Positions 1 through 11,682 of a DNA stretch of 64,000 bases are shown piece after piece. This stretch comes from Octopus sinensis. Taxonomy: Eukaryota. Each line of letters begins with the position of its first letter. The stretch's first letter is position 1. Both the position numbers and the translations under genes were made by a program. Under the pieces are notes generated by a model that worked only from the letters and a program-made list of their open reading frames with translations, searched no databases and was not told the origin of the DNA. The stretch covers positions 159,154,001 to 159,218,000 of the forward strand of contig NC_042997.1 of assembly GCF_006345805.1 (NCBI RefSeq). Direction: 5' to 3'.

Positions 1-150
1 AAAAATTATAATCGGAGACTTTTTTTTATTTAAATATGAATATTTTAAAACAGTGTGTTTGATGTTTTGTATCAGTAGTCATGGGTAAAGTGTTGCCCAC
101 AGGACTAATTGAGGGAAACACATTTCACAAGGAAAATAACATTCTTTTTT

Positions 151-524
151 CTTTTACTTGTTTCAGTCATTTGACTGAGGCCATGCTGGAGCAATGCCTT
201 TAGTCAAGCAATTCAACCCCAGGACTTTTTCTTTGTAAGCCTAGTACTTATTCTATCAGTCTCTTTCACTGAACTGATAGATTACAGGGACGTAAACACA
301 CCAGCATTGGTTGTCAGGCGATGTTGCGGGGACAAACACACACACACAAACATATATATATATATATTTACGACGGATTCAGTTTCTGTCCACCAAATCC
401 ACTTGCAAGTCGGCCCGAGGCTATAGTAAAAGACATTTGCCCAAGGTGCCATGCAGTGGGACTGAATCCAGGACCATGTGGTTGGTAAGCAAGCTACATA
501 CCACACAGCCACTCCGGCACCTAT
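151..524 (-). mobile_element. tRNA-derived CORE-type SINE (octopus OR-like family A)
   Basis: Minus strand reads AGTGGCTGTGTGGTATGTAGCTTGCTTACCAACCACATGGTCCTGGATTCAGTCCC (A/B-box-like head), then ACCTTGGGCAAATGTCTT (CORE-like) and the tail ...ATGACTGAAACAAGTAAAAG. Homologous copies recur in the window. Confidence 0.8.
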
Positions 525-920
525 GAGCATATGCATGATTTATTTAATAATGCAGACCATCTAATGATGAACCATGTCTCATGAGGCCTACTTCTTGTAA
601 AAGACTGCCTACGCTTGTCTTAGAATCAGGAGTAGTCTGAGGTAAATTAATAATCAAAAGGTTTTGAAAGATTACAAAGAAAGAAAATATACAAACGTCA
701 ACAACAATAATGAATTTGAATTTAAGGGAGAAAAAAAAGTCAACAACAACAAAATGCTTTATCTAATTTTTTACCAATTTATTTGGAATGTGGGTGATAA
801 TAAAGGACACTGAATCCAAACAGAATGTCTATATTTTAGTGAGCATTGGATATTTACTGTCAAGTGAACATTTGGTGATGTAAGAATTCAATTGACAGTT
901 TGACAAGTTTAGATTTATGA

Positions 921-946
921 AGAGAGAGAGAGAGAGAGAGAGAGAG
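921..946. repeat. (GA)n microsatellite
   Basis: Perfect dinucleotide run. Confidence 0.95.
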
Positions 947-1819
947 CAGATATAGTCTACATGCAAGAAATGAAGGGACATAGTCCAGGAGCCTTATCAA
1001 GGTTACTGGATTATTGAAACAAGAAAAAAAGAAAAGAGTAAAAGAAAATACCAGAAAAGTTTTCTCTAGATTTTCTCACATGAAGTTTTATTATCTTTCT
1101 TTCTCAATATATTAAACGAATTCTTTATAATAATCTAACGACTTCTGTCGTTTTGTTTTTTGGTTTTTTTTTAGAGTTATTTTGAATTTTTGATATTTTC
1201 ACTGCTTTATATTTTTAAATATTTTATTTTGATTTCATTTCAATTCATTTTGAATAAATACAATTCAGGAACATATAAATAACATATATGCTGAAATCTA
1301 GCTTATATTAAACATTTTGGGTGGGTATTTTTTTTGTTTGTTTCTTTTTCACAAAAGGTACAATAAATAAATAGGAAATAAATAAAAACAAATTTGTGTG
1401 TGAATCTGTGTGTTTATGTTTGTGTACGTGTGTACGTGTGTGTACTTCTCTATGCATCATCATCATAATCATCATCATCATCATGCATACAGAGAAATGA
1501 ACACATACACATGTGTATGTATATACATATATATATATATATATGGTAAATGAAATATACATATATATATATATATATATATGGTAAATGAAAGATGGAA
1601 GATGAAATATACAAAAATTTTTATTAATCACGACAATTGTTTCGACACATCTAGCATTGATCCCTCACAGGTGGGATACTTAACTACTGGTTCAGGAGCA
1701 TGCGGAGGTGCAGATGTGTCTCATCAGGTGCTAAATAGATACAACTCATTAAAATAACAGTTCTGAAATGTATCTTCTCATTTCATAGAAAGAAAAGCAG
1801 CAAAACAAAGGAAATATCT

Positions 1820-2147
1820 CGTTTTTGGATTTGGTTTGCAAGATTCTTTATATGAGTTCGTGTGTTGAAGCATATTCTGTTGTGTCTGGGGAGAGTCATT
1901 TTCTTTTTGTGCCTTATAATGTAACACCCTCACTGGTAAAATTTCCACTTATTTCTTATTTTCATTTTCCTAAAATTTTCATTGCGTCTTGCAACCTTTT
2001 CTAATAGTCTTGACTAAGACTATTGAAAAGGTTGCAAGACGCAACGAAAATTTTAGGAAAATAAAAATAAGAAATAAGTGGAAATTTTACCAGTGAGTGT
2101 GTTACATTATAAGGCACAAAAAGAAAATGACTCCACCCAAACACAAT
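1820..2147. mobile_element. Fold-back (palindromic) non-autonomous element with Penelope-like architecture
   Basis: Near-perfect inverted arms 1893-2011 and 2016-2133 with a 4-nt loop, weakly extending to 1880/2146. A one-sided unique extension lies at 1820-1879. Flanked by the 15-bp direct repeat ACAAAGGAAATATCT (1805-1819 and 2148-2162). Confidence 0.8.
2020..2056 (+). ncRNA. Minimal type I hammerhead ribozyme motif, U3-A8 core variant (candidate)
   Basis: CUA-UUGAAAA-G-GUUGC[AAGAC]GCAAC-GAAA-AUUU/UAG: stem I CUA/UAG, core U3...A8, 5-bp stem II, palindromic AAUU stem III, predicted cleavage after 2053. Assigned by manual motif parsing. Confidence 0.55.
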
Positions 2148-2661
2148 ACAAAGGAAATATCTTCATTCATATCTTCACACACATTATACATTTAAATACA
2201 TACGCATATCAACATGCATGCATATAAAGACACACACACATATATTTGCGTGTCTGTATGTATTAATGTGTGTATATGTGTGTGCATATGCATGTGTGTG
2301 CATACATGAGCATAAAAGATTTTCACAAGGTATTTCTTGTTAATATTTTTTAAACATGATACTTTTGACAAATTTTCTCAATTTCATGAGAAATTGGAGT
2401 AACTTCAATTTTTTTTTAACTGGAAACAAACTGAAGAATATGAATCAATAAATAAATAAGTATATAGAGAATCACCTATAAGGAAACTGAGAAATAGGAA
2501 GAATTCTTCTAATTTTATATTTACAACAGAGTGAACATTTTGGGCAGGGCTCTTTATTAAATCTACTGTAAAGTTTCAAAGCTTCCTTTTAGTCTATCAA
2601 ACCCTATAACAGACATACAGACACACACACACTAACAAACAGACACATGCAAACACACTAA

Positions 2662-2707
2662 CAAACACACACACACACACACACACATACACACACACAC
2701 ACACACA
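2662..2707. repeat. (CA)n microsatellite
   Basis: Near-perfect dinucleotide run. Confidence 0.9.
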
Positions 2708-2765
2708 AGTTTTTGAAACACTGATGTTTTAAAGTCTGCATCAAACTACCAATAGAGCGTAAAGA

Positions 2766-2807
<42 letters not shown>

Positions 2808-3250
2808 CCTTTCTACTGGAGGCACAAGGCTCAAATTTGGTGGGAGGGGACTAGTCGATTACATCGACCCCAGTGTTTTACTGGTACTTAATTCATCGAC
2901 CCCAAAAGGATGAAAGGCAAAGTTGACCTTGGTAGTATTTGAACTCAGAATTTAATGATGGGCAAAATATTGCTAATTATTTTGTCCAGCATGCTAATGA
3001 TTCTGCTACCTCACCACCTCATATAATTATAATGATTTCAAATTTTGGCACAAAATCAGCAATTTCAGGGGAACAAGTAAGTCAATTATATTGACTCCAG
3101 TGTACAACTGGTACTTATTTTATCGACCCCGAAAGGATGGAAGGCAAAGTCAACCTCAGTAGAATTTGAACTCAGAATGTAAAAGTAGACTAAATGCTAC
3201 TAGGCATTTTGTCCAGCATGTAAATGATTCTCCCAGCTCACTGCCTTGCA
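2808..3250 (-). mobile_element. Two tandem Meta-domain-type tRNA SINEs (family B) separated by AT-rich tracts
   Basis: Each contains CTGGTACTTA...ATCGACCCC(G/A)AAAGGATG(A/G)AAGGCAAAGT, the reverse complement of the TTTGCCTTTCATCC...GGGGTCGAT...TAAGTACCAG domain. Preceded by an (AAT)n run at 2771-2807. Confidence 0.75.
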
Positions 3251-4845
3251 TAATAATAATAATAATAATAATAATAATATTGGTAATAATAATAATCCTT
3301 TCTACTATAGGTGCAAGGCCTGAAATTTGGGGAGGGGGATAGTTGATCTTATCAACCCCAGTGAGCTACTGGTACATATCAACCCAGAAAGGCTGAAATG
3401 CATGCATATATATTAAATCTCTGAGCAAGGTATAAACAGTAGCTGCATGACATCGTGAAGTATATTTGCCACTTAAAAGTGGCTAACCCTTAAGGGTGGA
3501 TGCTACTGTAGCTTGTAGCCCCAGGAGGACACCTCCTCCAGCTGGCTATTGACACACATTCTGTGCCCTATCAGTATTTGCAAAGGGAAGCCATCCTTCC
3601 CATCTTCAACCTGTATGATACACACAGACTCAAGTTTCTGGATATTGACCCATCTATAGACACACACACACACACACGCATACATACAGATGCAGTGAGG
3701 CTTCCACTAAAGCGCATCCACAGAGTATTGATCAACATCATAGACTTTTGTACTATGCAGCAGAATTGAACTCAAAAGTATGCTGCAGCAAAACAAACTC
3801 CTTAACCGCCCCTGTAACTCAGTTATTCTACATGACTGAAGTCTTTCTAAATAATTTTACAAGAAAGAGGAATCAGCTCAGAATATAACACAGAAAGTTA
3901 GGTTTCTTACAAAAATTTGTTTGCTACAAGAGTAAGAAATAAGCATCACTGTATGATAATGGAAGTTAAGCATTGGGCATGGAGATGACTGCTTGTTTTT
4001 TTTTTGTTTTTTTTTTTTTTGCCTTAGATCAAGCCTCACATCAAACAGATCTATGATGAAAACCATTCCATATTATGTGATATTCCATCTTTTTTAAAAT
4101 GAGAGGGAGTGGTTCAAGGGATATTTCCAATATGTTGAAGAAAATTTAGAGGTTCAATAACTACTTTGTACTGGTTTGTATTAGATGAAACAGGAAAAAG
4201 AAGTTGGCAGAGATCATAAAATTCATTATTTAGGAGGAAGAGACATAGTCAAAGAACTAACTTGGTTAGTCTAAATACTCTAAGATATTTATCTGTGCCT
4301 TGCACACTCAAAAAGGTTCAAATATTATTTCATATTGGTAGTGATAAGATCATGTGATGTGCATAACTATCTCAAAGACATTAGAGATATAAGTAAAGTG
4401 AAACAATAGTTGAAATTAATTATGAAATAATTCAAACTATTTCTTTATTTTGTTTTAACTATCACATCACAGCTGCTAAGGAACTGGTGCAACAACAACT
4501 TCGAAGTTGATAACTTAGTCATGAAAAGGAGCTTTCTAATACTATATGGCATATATTTGTCCAACCCATGCCAGCATGAAAAATAGACATTAAATGGTAA
4601 TGACGATGATAACAATGATGATGATGATGATATTTGTTATTGTTTTGAAAACAGAGCAGAACTGATTTGGATTTAGGAGAACGAGATCTTCATACTGGAT
4701 AGTGTATATCATCTAACATTGGCTCCATCTTACTGCAAAAAATGAAAAGGAAAGAAAGAAAGAAAGAGAAAAAGAAAGAAAGAAAGAAATTTTAATTTTC
4801 CCTTATACATTTCAATGAAAATTTAAGAGTTTCAAATACATTTTA

Positions 4846-5072
4846 CAGGGTGACTATAAAATCTGAATAAATGGGAAATATCACAATCATATATGAATGC
4901 GCTCACACTGATGGAAATATGGAGTTGCGACATCAGATTCATGTGAATCTTACAAAGTGCATTGAACTTTGCACCTGTAGTGGTGGAAGCCCCAATGAAA
5001 ATGTTATTCATTAATGAAATTGAATAAAATTATTGAAAATATGCATTTTCACCAGACTTTACAGTTACCCTG
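4846..5072. mobile_element. Tc1/mariner-type MITE
   Basis: TIRs CAGGGTGACTATAAAATCTG (4846-4865) and CAGACTTTACAGTTACCCTG (5053-5072), 17/20 matching, with TA on both sides (4844-4845, 5073-5074). Confidence 0.75.
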
Positions 5073-5334
5073 TATATTACTGGTGGATAGTTTAGTAGAT
5101 ATTGCAACTCACCCACAAAACCAATTTTTTAAAGAGAAAAAATATGCAGTTAATTCCAGCAGGACTTGAACCCAGAACCCCCGAGTTCTATTCTAGTTAC
5201 TGTAAAGAATCCAAAATGAGCACTCTGTTGAAGTCAAACAGTAAAGGTTCATATTATAATATGACAAATCTTGATGCTCTACCAGGTCTGCCAAGTCACC
5301 TAATTATAAAAGTAATTTTTTTTTTTATCAACAG

Positions 5335-5697
5335 GAACAGCCATGGCTGTGAGGTTAAGAAGCTTTGTTTTGCAACCATATGCTTTGGGGTTCAATCCCA
5401 CTGCACAGTTCCCAAGAGAAGTGTCTTCTACTACAGCTTTCAGCCAACCAATACCTTGTGAGTGAACTTGGTAAAGCCTATCAAATACGTGTTTGTGAGT
5501 CCACTCAGCACTTGATAGCCAGTGTTGGTATATTTACAACCCTGTAACTTGGCAGTTTAGTAAAAGACACCAATAGAATAAATACAAAACTAAAATATAA
5601 ATAAATACTGGGGTAGATTTGTTCAACTAAACACTTTAAAGCATTGTCCCAGCACAGCCACAATGCAATAACTGAAACAACTAAAAAATAAAAGATT
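5335..5697 (+). mobile_element. Family A CORE-type SINE, diverged
   Basis: Head GGCTGTGAGGTTAAGAAGCTTTG...GGGGTTCAATCCCACTGC and tail ...ATAACTGAAACAACTAAAA match the other family A copies. Confidence 0.7.
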
Positions 5698-6593
5698 ATT
5701 TTCATATTTGGTATAGTGCTTGTAATTTAGATGTGAAAGGGAACAGGGGAAGATGTATTGTTCATGCGAGTCCCAAGACTTTAGGCAATGTAAGATCACA
5801 TATTTTATTTGCAGAGAGCTTATCATCACAGACTACAATAATGATAATAATGATGATGATAATGATGATAATAATAATAACAATAATAAAGTAATATTTT
5901 CATTATTATCATAAATCATTTTTATCTTTATCCTAGCCATTCTCTCATGAATAGAATCCACACCAAACAGAGAACCTATAATTTTTATTGGTCTCCAAGA
6001 GGGAACTAACTTGGATGGTACATTAGCACCTTAACATAAATGATGTAGCAATTTATACCTCACCGATACAGTTACTGCTACAAATATTATACAATTTTAT
6101 GTATTAGTAATATATATTATTATATATTATAAAATACTAATATTACATAATATTATATGTTATTGTATTATATAATACTAATATCATATAATATTATATA
6201 AGTCATGTACAGTAGTATAACTGTACTTGTCAGAGTGGTTTGCTTTGTTTTGTTTTGTTTTTGGAAATATTGGTGCTGAATGATATTAATAAAGTAAGCA
6301 AAAAGTTCTTTATATTACGAAAGGAGAGACAAAAAAATGTACTAAACAAAAAAAATAAATGAATATTTAAATTCTCATTACATTTTCTGGTACTCTGTTA
6401 TTAGTTCACAAGAAGACTATTATCATTATTATTATTATTATTATTAATATTAGTTGTTTCAAATGTTACAAATTCTGTTTATAAATTCAATAATGAATTA
6501 AAAGCAGCGCTAGTGTTGTAAACATTATCGACTGTACATATGCAATGTACATATTTTGCTTTTTTGCTGGTTTACTGTGATACAGTATTTCAG

Positions 6594-6683
6594 GGATGAC
6601 TCCATCATAATGCTGGGTGAGGGTGTCGACCCCCAAGTGCTATGCTGCAGCAAACCAGTGAACAAACAAAACACATACATCGA
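6594..6683 (+). CDS. Candidate 90-nt internal exon (DDSIIMLGEGVDPQVLCCSKPVNKQNTYI); strand ambiguous
   Basis: GC-richer island with a T-rich acceptor (...TATTTCAG) and donor CGA|GTATGT; phase 2 to phase 2, open frame. An alternative minus-strand acceptor (TTTGCTGCAG, 6648-6657) is also plausible. Confidence 0.3.
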
Positions 6684-7319
6684 GTATGTTTATATATATA
6701 TAATAAACAAAGCAAGAAATGTGTGTTATAAAGTTATGCACCTTTTCAAACTATTAACACTATCGTTAGAGATTAAACATTACTTTGTAAAACATTTAAT
6801 ATGTACTCTTTGTTTACATCAGTAATTTAAAAACATAAATAAATAAATAAATATTTGGAAAAGTAATAACCAGAGATCAAATTAATTAAAATCTAGAGTA
6901 CATATTAAATGTTATGAAATAAATCTCTCATAGCTTAATATGAGGTCAATAGATTAAAAAAATGTATAGCTTCTTTACAACAACCCATCTTGGATATTTA
7001 AATGTTTAATGAAGAAAAGCATGGATTAACTGTGGCAATTTATTTATTTTATTTGGTTTTGAGTCTAAGTTTATGTTTGTTGAAAATATGGTTCTTAATT
7101 GTAAGTATACTGTTTTTCTTAAATATATTCAACTGTTAAGCTTTTGTTTTTACTATATCATACTCTAATTACTAACTCATAATTTTGATATTTAATTGTT
7201 GATGGTTGTATTTTTAAAGATATTTGAATTTTTTCTGGTGTTGCAGCAGAGTAGATTTCAAAATTATTATATAAGAATTTTAATATAAATTAACAACTAT
7301 ATTACTTTAATATAACATT

Positions 7320-7785
7320 GCCACTCTGTCGGTTATGACAACGAGGGTTCCGTACGATCAAAGAAACAGCCTGCTTGTGAAATTAATGTGCAAGTGGTTG
7401 AGCATTCCACAGACACACATACCTATTTCTTTATTACTCACAAGGGGCTTAAACATAGAGGGAACAAACAAGGACAGACAAAGGTATTAAGTCGATTACA
7501 TCGACCACAGTGCGTAACTGGTACTTAATTTATCAACCCCGAAAGGATGAAAGGCAAAGTCAACCTTGGCAGAATTTGAACTCAGAACGTAACAGCAGAC
7601 GAAATACCGCTAAGCATTTCACCTGGCATACTAACGTTTCTGCCAGCTCGCCACCTTCCACAGACACACATACTTGGAATGTAGTTCTTAAGGAGACTGA
7701 ATGTGACACAGAGTGCGATAAGGCAAGCACTTTGAATTACAGGTACTGCTCAATTTTGCCAGTTGAGCGAAGAAGCCATTAACTG
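7320..7785 (+). mobile_element. Family C SINE interrupted by a family B SINE (7424-7655, minus strand)
   Basis: Host halves 7320-7422 and 7656-7785 join into the same sequence as 39600-39910. The insert is flanked by the 18-bp duplication TTCCACAGACACACATAC (7405-7422 and 7656-7673). Confidence 0.8.
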
Positions 7786-8074
7786 AAAACCTGAATTCGA
7801 GGAAACCAGCATTTGGAATATATTGGCCAAAAAATTACTAATTAAACATCTCGATTATGAATATCTTTGAATGCTTAAGGAAGAAACAATTTCTAATGCT
7901 CTGAAACATTAAAATTCACATCTCTGCTTCAACAGTATAAACTTATATTTACTAAACAATAAGGAACCAGATTGTAAACAATTATAGAAAAGATATTCAA
8001 ATTACTCAGTAACAAATATATGTAAATAAATGAGTAATTGCCAACAATTAATTATTTTGACTATATATATATAT

Positions 8075-8120
<46 letters not shown>

Positions 8121-9213
8121 TAGTTTTCTTTGTATTATTTTTCCCTTTTTTTGTTCTTGTTCTGCATGTTGAAATTTGAAGGGAGAGAAAAAATTCAGTA
8201 AAATTATAGGTCATTTCTTCATTTAGTTGCTGTTGTTGTTATATTTGTTGTATTTGTAGTTGTTGTTGTTGTTGTTGTTGAGTCTTGGTAAATTTGAACC
8301 AATCAGAGTATAGCAAATTAACCATTAGACATGACTGGTTCTGAAAACCACAAGCTCATCAACATCTGGTATTTTACCATTCTTTTCATTATTACATAAT
8401 AATAGGTTTAGTGTTTGGTTAGGAAACTAAGGACAGGTGTGAGACTGGGAAATGAAGAAGTATGTATTCACACACACATACATACACACACACACAAACA
8501 CAAATATATTCAAAGGAATTTAACTTGTTTTGAGTTTTAGTCGCAAAAATTGACTTACTCTTTTACTGATTTTAGTCATTGGACTGTGGCCATACTAGAG
8601 CATTACCTTCAAGGTTTTAATTGATCATTCAGAACCTAGTATTTACTTTATTGATGTTTACCTATGAAACCACTGAATTGCAAGATATAGAACCAACGCT
8701 CTCTCTTTCTCTCACACACACACACACTTACTCACATGTACATACATAAATGTGGGCTTCCATGTAGTTTCTATTGCCCAAATTTTAGTCACAAGGCAGT
8801 AGTCAATCTGCACATTGTATCACACAGTTGGGATTGAACCTGAGGCTAAATCTATGTTTGCTCCTTGTTCATTTGTCATAATAAATTGGACCTTAAGCTC
8901 ATACAGAATTTGAATTTGGCTTCTTGACCTATGGTTGAAAAGCTAATGAAATCATAGACAGACAATAAACATACATGAGAGAAAGGAGAAGTATAACCAA
9001 GCAGAATCTATCAGTCAGTGATTAATTCAATATAATCCACATAACACTGAATCTCAATGTTATGTACAGCTGGCTCAGTACTGCCTAGAAGATTGTAAGA
9101 TACCTTATTATCTTTAGAAGAATATTTCAAATCTTGAGCAGAACAGGTATGAAGGTGAGGAGAAGATAGATAGCTGATAATAGAATGATAATATCATCAG
9201 CAACAATCAATGG

Positions 9214-9423
9214 CTGTTTTCCATGCTGGCATGGGTTGGATGGCATGACAGGAACTGGCAAGGCCAGGGGCTGCTTAAGGTTTCAGAGTCTGTTTTGATT
9301 TGGTTTCTAAGGTTGGATACTCTTCCTAAGAAACCAAGCCAAAACAGAGTATCGAACCTAGTGCAGTCCATGGATTTGCCAGTTTTTGTCAAGCTGTTCA
9401 ACCCATGCCAGCATGGAAAACAG
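9214..9423. repeat. Fold-back of RTE-tailed SINE 3' fragments
   Basis: CTGTTTTCCATGCTGGCATGGGTTGGA... versus ...TTCAACCCATGCCAGCATGGAAAACAG, plus an inner pair CTGTTTTGATTTGGTTTCTAAGG / CCTAAGAAACCAAGCCAAAACAG. Confidence 0.75.
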
Positions 9424-9649
9424 AAATTAAATGTTGATGATGATAACACTTAGAGTTAAATATTCAGTGTGGAGCCAAGGTGAGAGATTCTATGCCAGTA
9501 GTTCTTAAGCTATTGTTGCACAAAGCCCTCTTTCAACAAATGGCATTTTACAAATGCCCCTTCAAAAGTTTCAGACATAAAAATACACAAAACAGCAGAT
9601 TATTTTAAACAAACAGAAACTAATTTTTCACAGTGATTTATTATCCATT

Positions 9650-9830
9650 ATCTGTTGTTGGTGCTATGTAAAAAGCGCTCAGTCTGTAAGGTGATTCGCA
9701 TTAGAAAGGGTATCCAGCCATAGAAACCGTGCCAAAGCTGACATTGGAGCTTGGTGCAGTCTTCTGACTTGCCAGCTCTAATCAAACTGTCCAACCCATG
9801 CCAGCATAGAAAATGGATGATGATGATGTC
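9650..9830 (+). mobile_element. RTE-tailed SINE (family D)
   Basis: TTAGAAAGGGTATCCAGCCATAGAAACC...CCAACCCATGCCAGCATAGAAAATGGATGATGATG with a (GAT)n tail. Confidence 0.75.
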
Positions 9831-10619
9831 AATGACCACAACAATGACTACGATGTCTTTTTTTTATAGTACTCCAAACAGCATTTTCCTCATTTTATAT
9901 ATTTATAGGCTAATGACCTGTTTATAGAACTTACTGAAGAAGGTAAGGACTTATACAGTAATATTATATTGGACCATGGGGCATCATCACTCATGCTTCA
10001 TGGTTACTAAAAACACAATAACCTATCCATATTTCAATCCTGACAAAAATGTTTTTATGAGAATGTATTTAAAATATAAGTATAGTGACTAGGTGAAATA
10101 CTTTATTTCTAAGGCAAATCAAAACCCTTCTAAACACACAGTGCCACCTGTAGTGCCCTCTTGTGAGCATACAATGCCACCGAGAGAACACTATCACCCA
10201 ACTTGAGAACCATAACTTTATGCAGTCTATGACTGTGACTTAAACCAATTTAAGGCAAATGTTTCAGTTTTTACATGTCAATACTTATATATATAAATAT
10301 TCTGTAGAGTAACTACTTATACATATAAATATTCTGTAGAGTAACTATTAGTTGAAGTTGAAAATAAAGTTAAAAAATTAATAAAGATGATAACAATAGA
10401 GAAAGTGATAAATATTTCCTATTATTGTAAACAATGAACAAAGATATTCCCATCTTATTGATTCTTCAGATGAATACAAATCTTGGCAGTAATCATAAGT
10501 TTTACTCATAAGGTTGGCAAGTTTCCTGTTTTCCTTTGTAGTTTGCTAAATATGGAAGCTAATATATCTATTGAACGACTTGAGATGTTGGTTGCCTTTG
10601 TTGTTGAAGTAGTAAGTAG

Positions 10620-10730
10620 ATATTATTGATGATGAGAGTACAAGACTTCGGAATGAAAGAAACAGAACTGTTCTAGCACTTGAGATTGCAAAGTTAAACA
10701 TTGCAGATATTATACCACTGACTTATCACA
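10620..10730 (+). mobile_element. Degenerate RTE-clade LINE endonuclease N-terminal fragment
   Basis: Translation RLRNERNRTVLALEIAKLNIADI resembles the RTE motif RPERRTALIARELARYNIDIAAL (recalled, not searched). Confidence 0.45.
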
Positions 10731-11451
10731 AATCCCTCAAGATCAATGTATGATATTCAATCAAAACAGATGCTTTGATATAAGTACTGCAACAGAGAAA
10801 CAGTAATAGATAAGAAGGAATGGGAGAGTAAATCCAGTTACAAGTTATCTCATTAATCAAGTTATGTTATTTTATGAAATAAGTTATCTTTATAAATCAA
10901 ATCATGCACCCCATGAAATAAGTTACAAAGATATTAACCGAAGTTATAAAGTAGAAAATTCACTGAGGAGGGAAAAGATGAAAAAACAAAACTAATATAA
11001 CTTTATCTAAGTGCAATAATATTTTATGCTGATTTGAGATCTAATTACTGCTAATTAACATGTTTCCTATTAAGCAGTTGCTCTAAATTAAACACATTTC
11101 AGAAATTACTTTACCTAATACTTTTCTGTTGTGAGTGTACATGCTCAAGAGGTTAGATGTTATCTGGATTTTCAAGGTGTTCAAGTACAAGAACTGCACT
11201 CTTGGAGAGGATGCCAGTCTATCAAAAAGTAAACCTCCAGATGCTAGTGTATTCATTTCCAGCTGAGTGTACTGAAGCAATGGGAAATAAAGTGATTTTC
11301 TTAAGGACACAACACCTTGCCTAGCCCAACACTTGCACTTGAACACACAACCTAAAGCTACAGAGTCCAACACATTAGCCACAAGATCATGATTGTTCAC
11401 CTGTCTATAGTAGGCATGTAGGAAAGCAGCAAGTTCAAGGAGAAAATACCT

Positions 11452-11682
11452 ATTTCTTTACTACCCACAAGGGGCTAAACAGAGAGGGGACAAACAAGAG
11501 CAGATAAACGGATTAAGTCGATTACATCAACCCCAGTGCGTAACTGGTACTTAATTTATTGACCCCAAAAGGATGAAAGGCAAAGTCGACCTCGGCGGAA
11601 TTTGAGCTCAGAACATAATGGCAGACGAAATACGGCTACACATTTCGCCTGGCGTGCTAACGATTCTGCCAGCTCACTGCCT
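11452..11682 (-). mobile_element. Family B (Meta-domain-type) SINE
   Basis: Near-complete copy, from the TATTTCTTTACTACCCACAAGGGG tail to the CTGCCAGCTCACTGCC head. Confidence 0.85.

Noticed and set aside
1636-1766. Minus-strand frame with in-frame TGA TGA (…FST**DTSAPPHAPEPVV…), suggesting selenocysteine, readthrough or editing
   Set aside because: No SECIS, no readthrough context, weak acceptor; short frames broken by TGA are expected by chance, as are similar cases at 4.7 and 23.5 kb.
6594-6625. SECIS-like ATGA...AA...GA pattern
   Set aside because: Helix II is far too short on either strand.
10542-10611. Plus-strand exon-like segment with a strong acceptor and GTAAGT donor
   Set aside because: It runs directly into an RTE endonuclease remnant, two of three frames stop, and no partner exon exists; at most cryptic exonisation.
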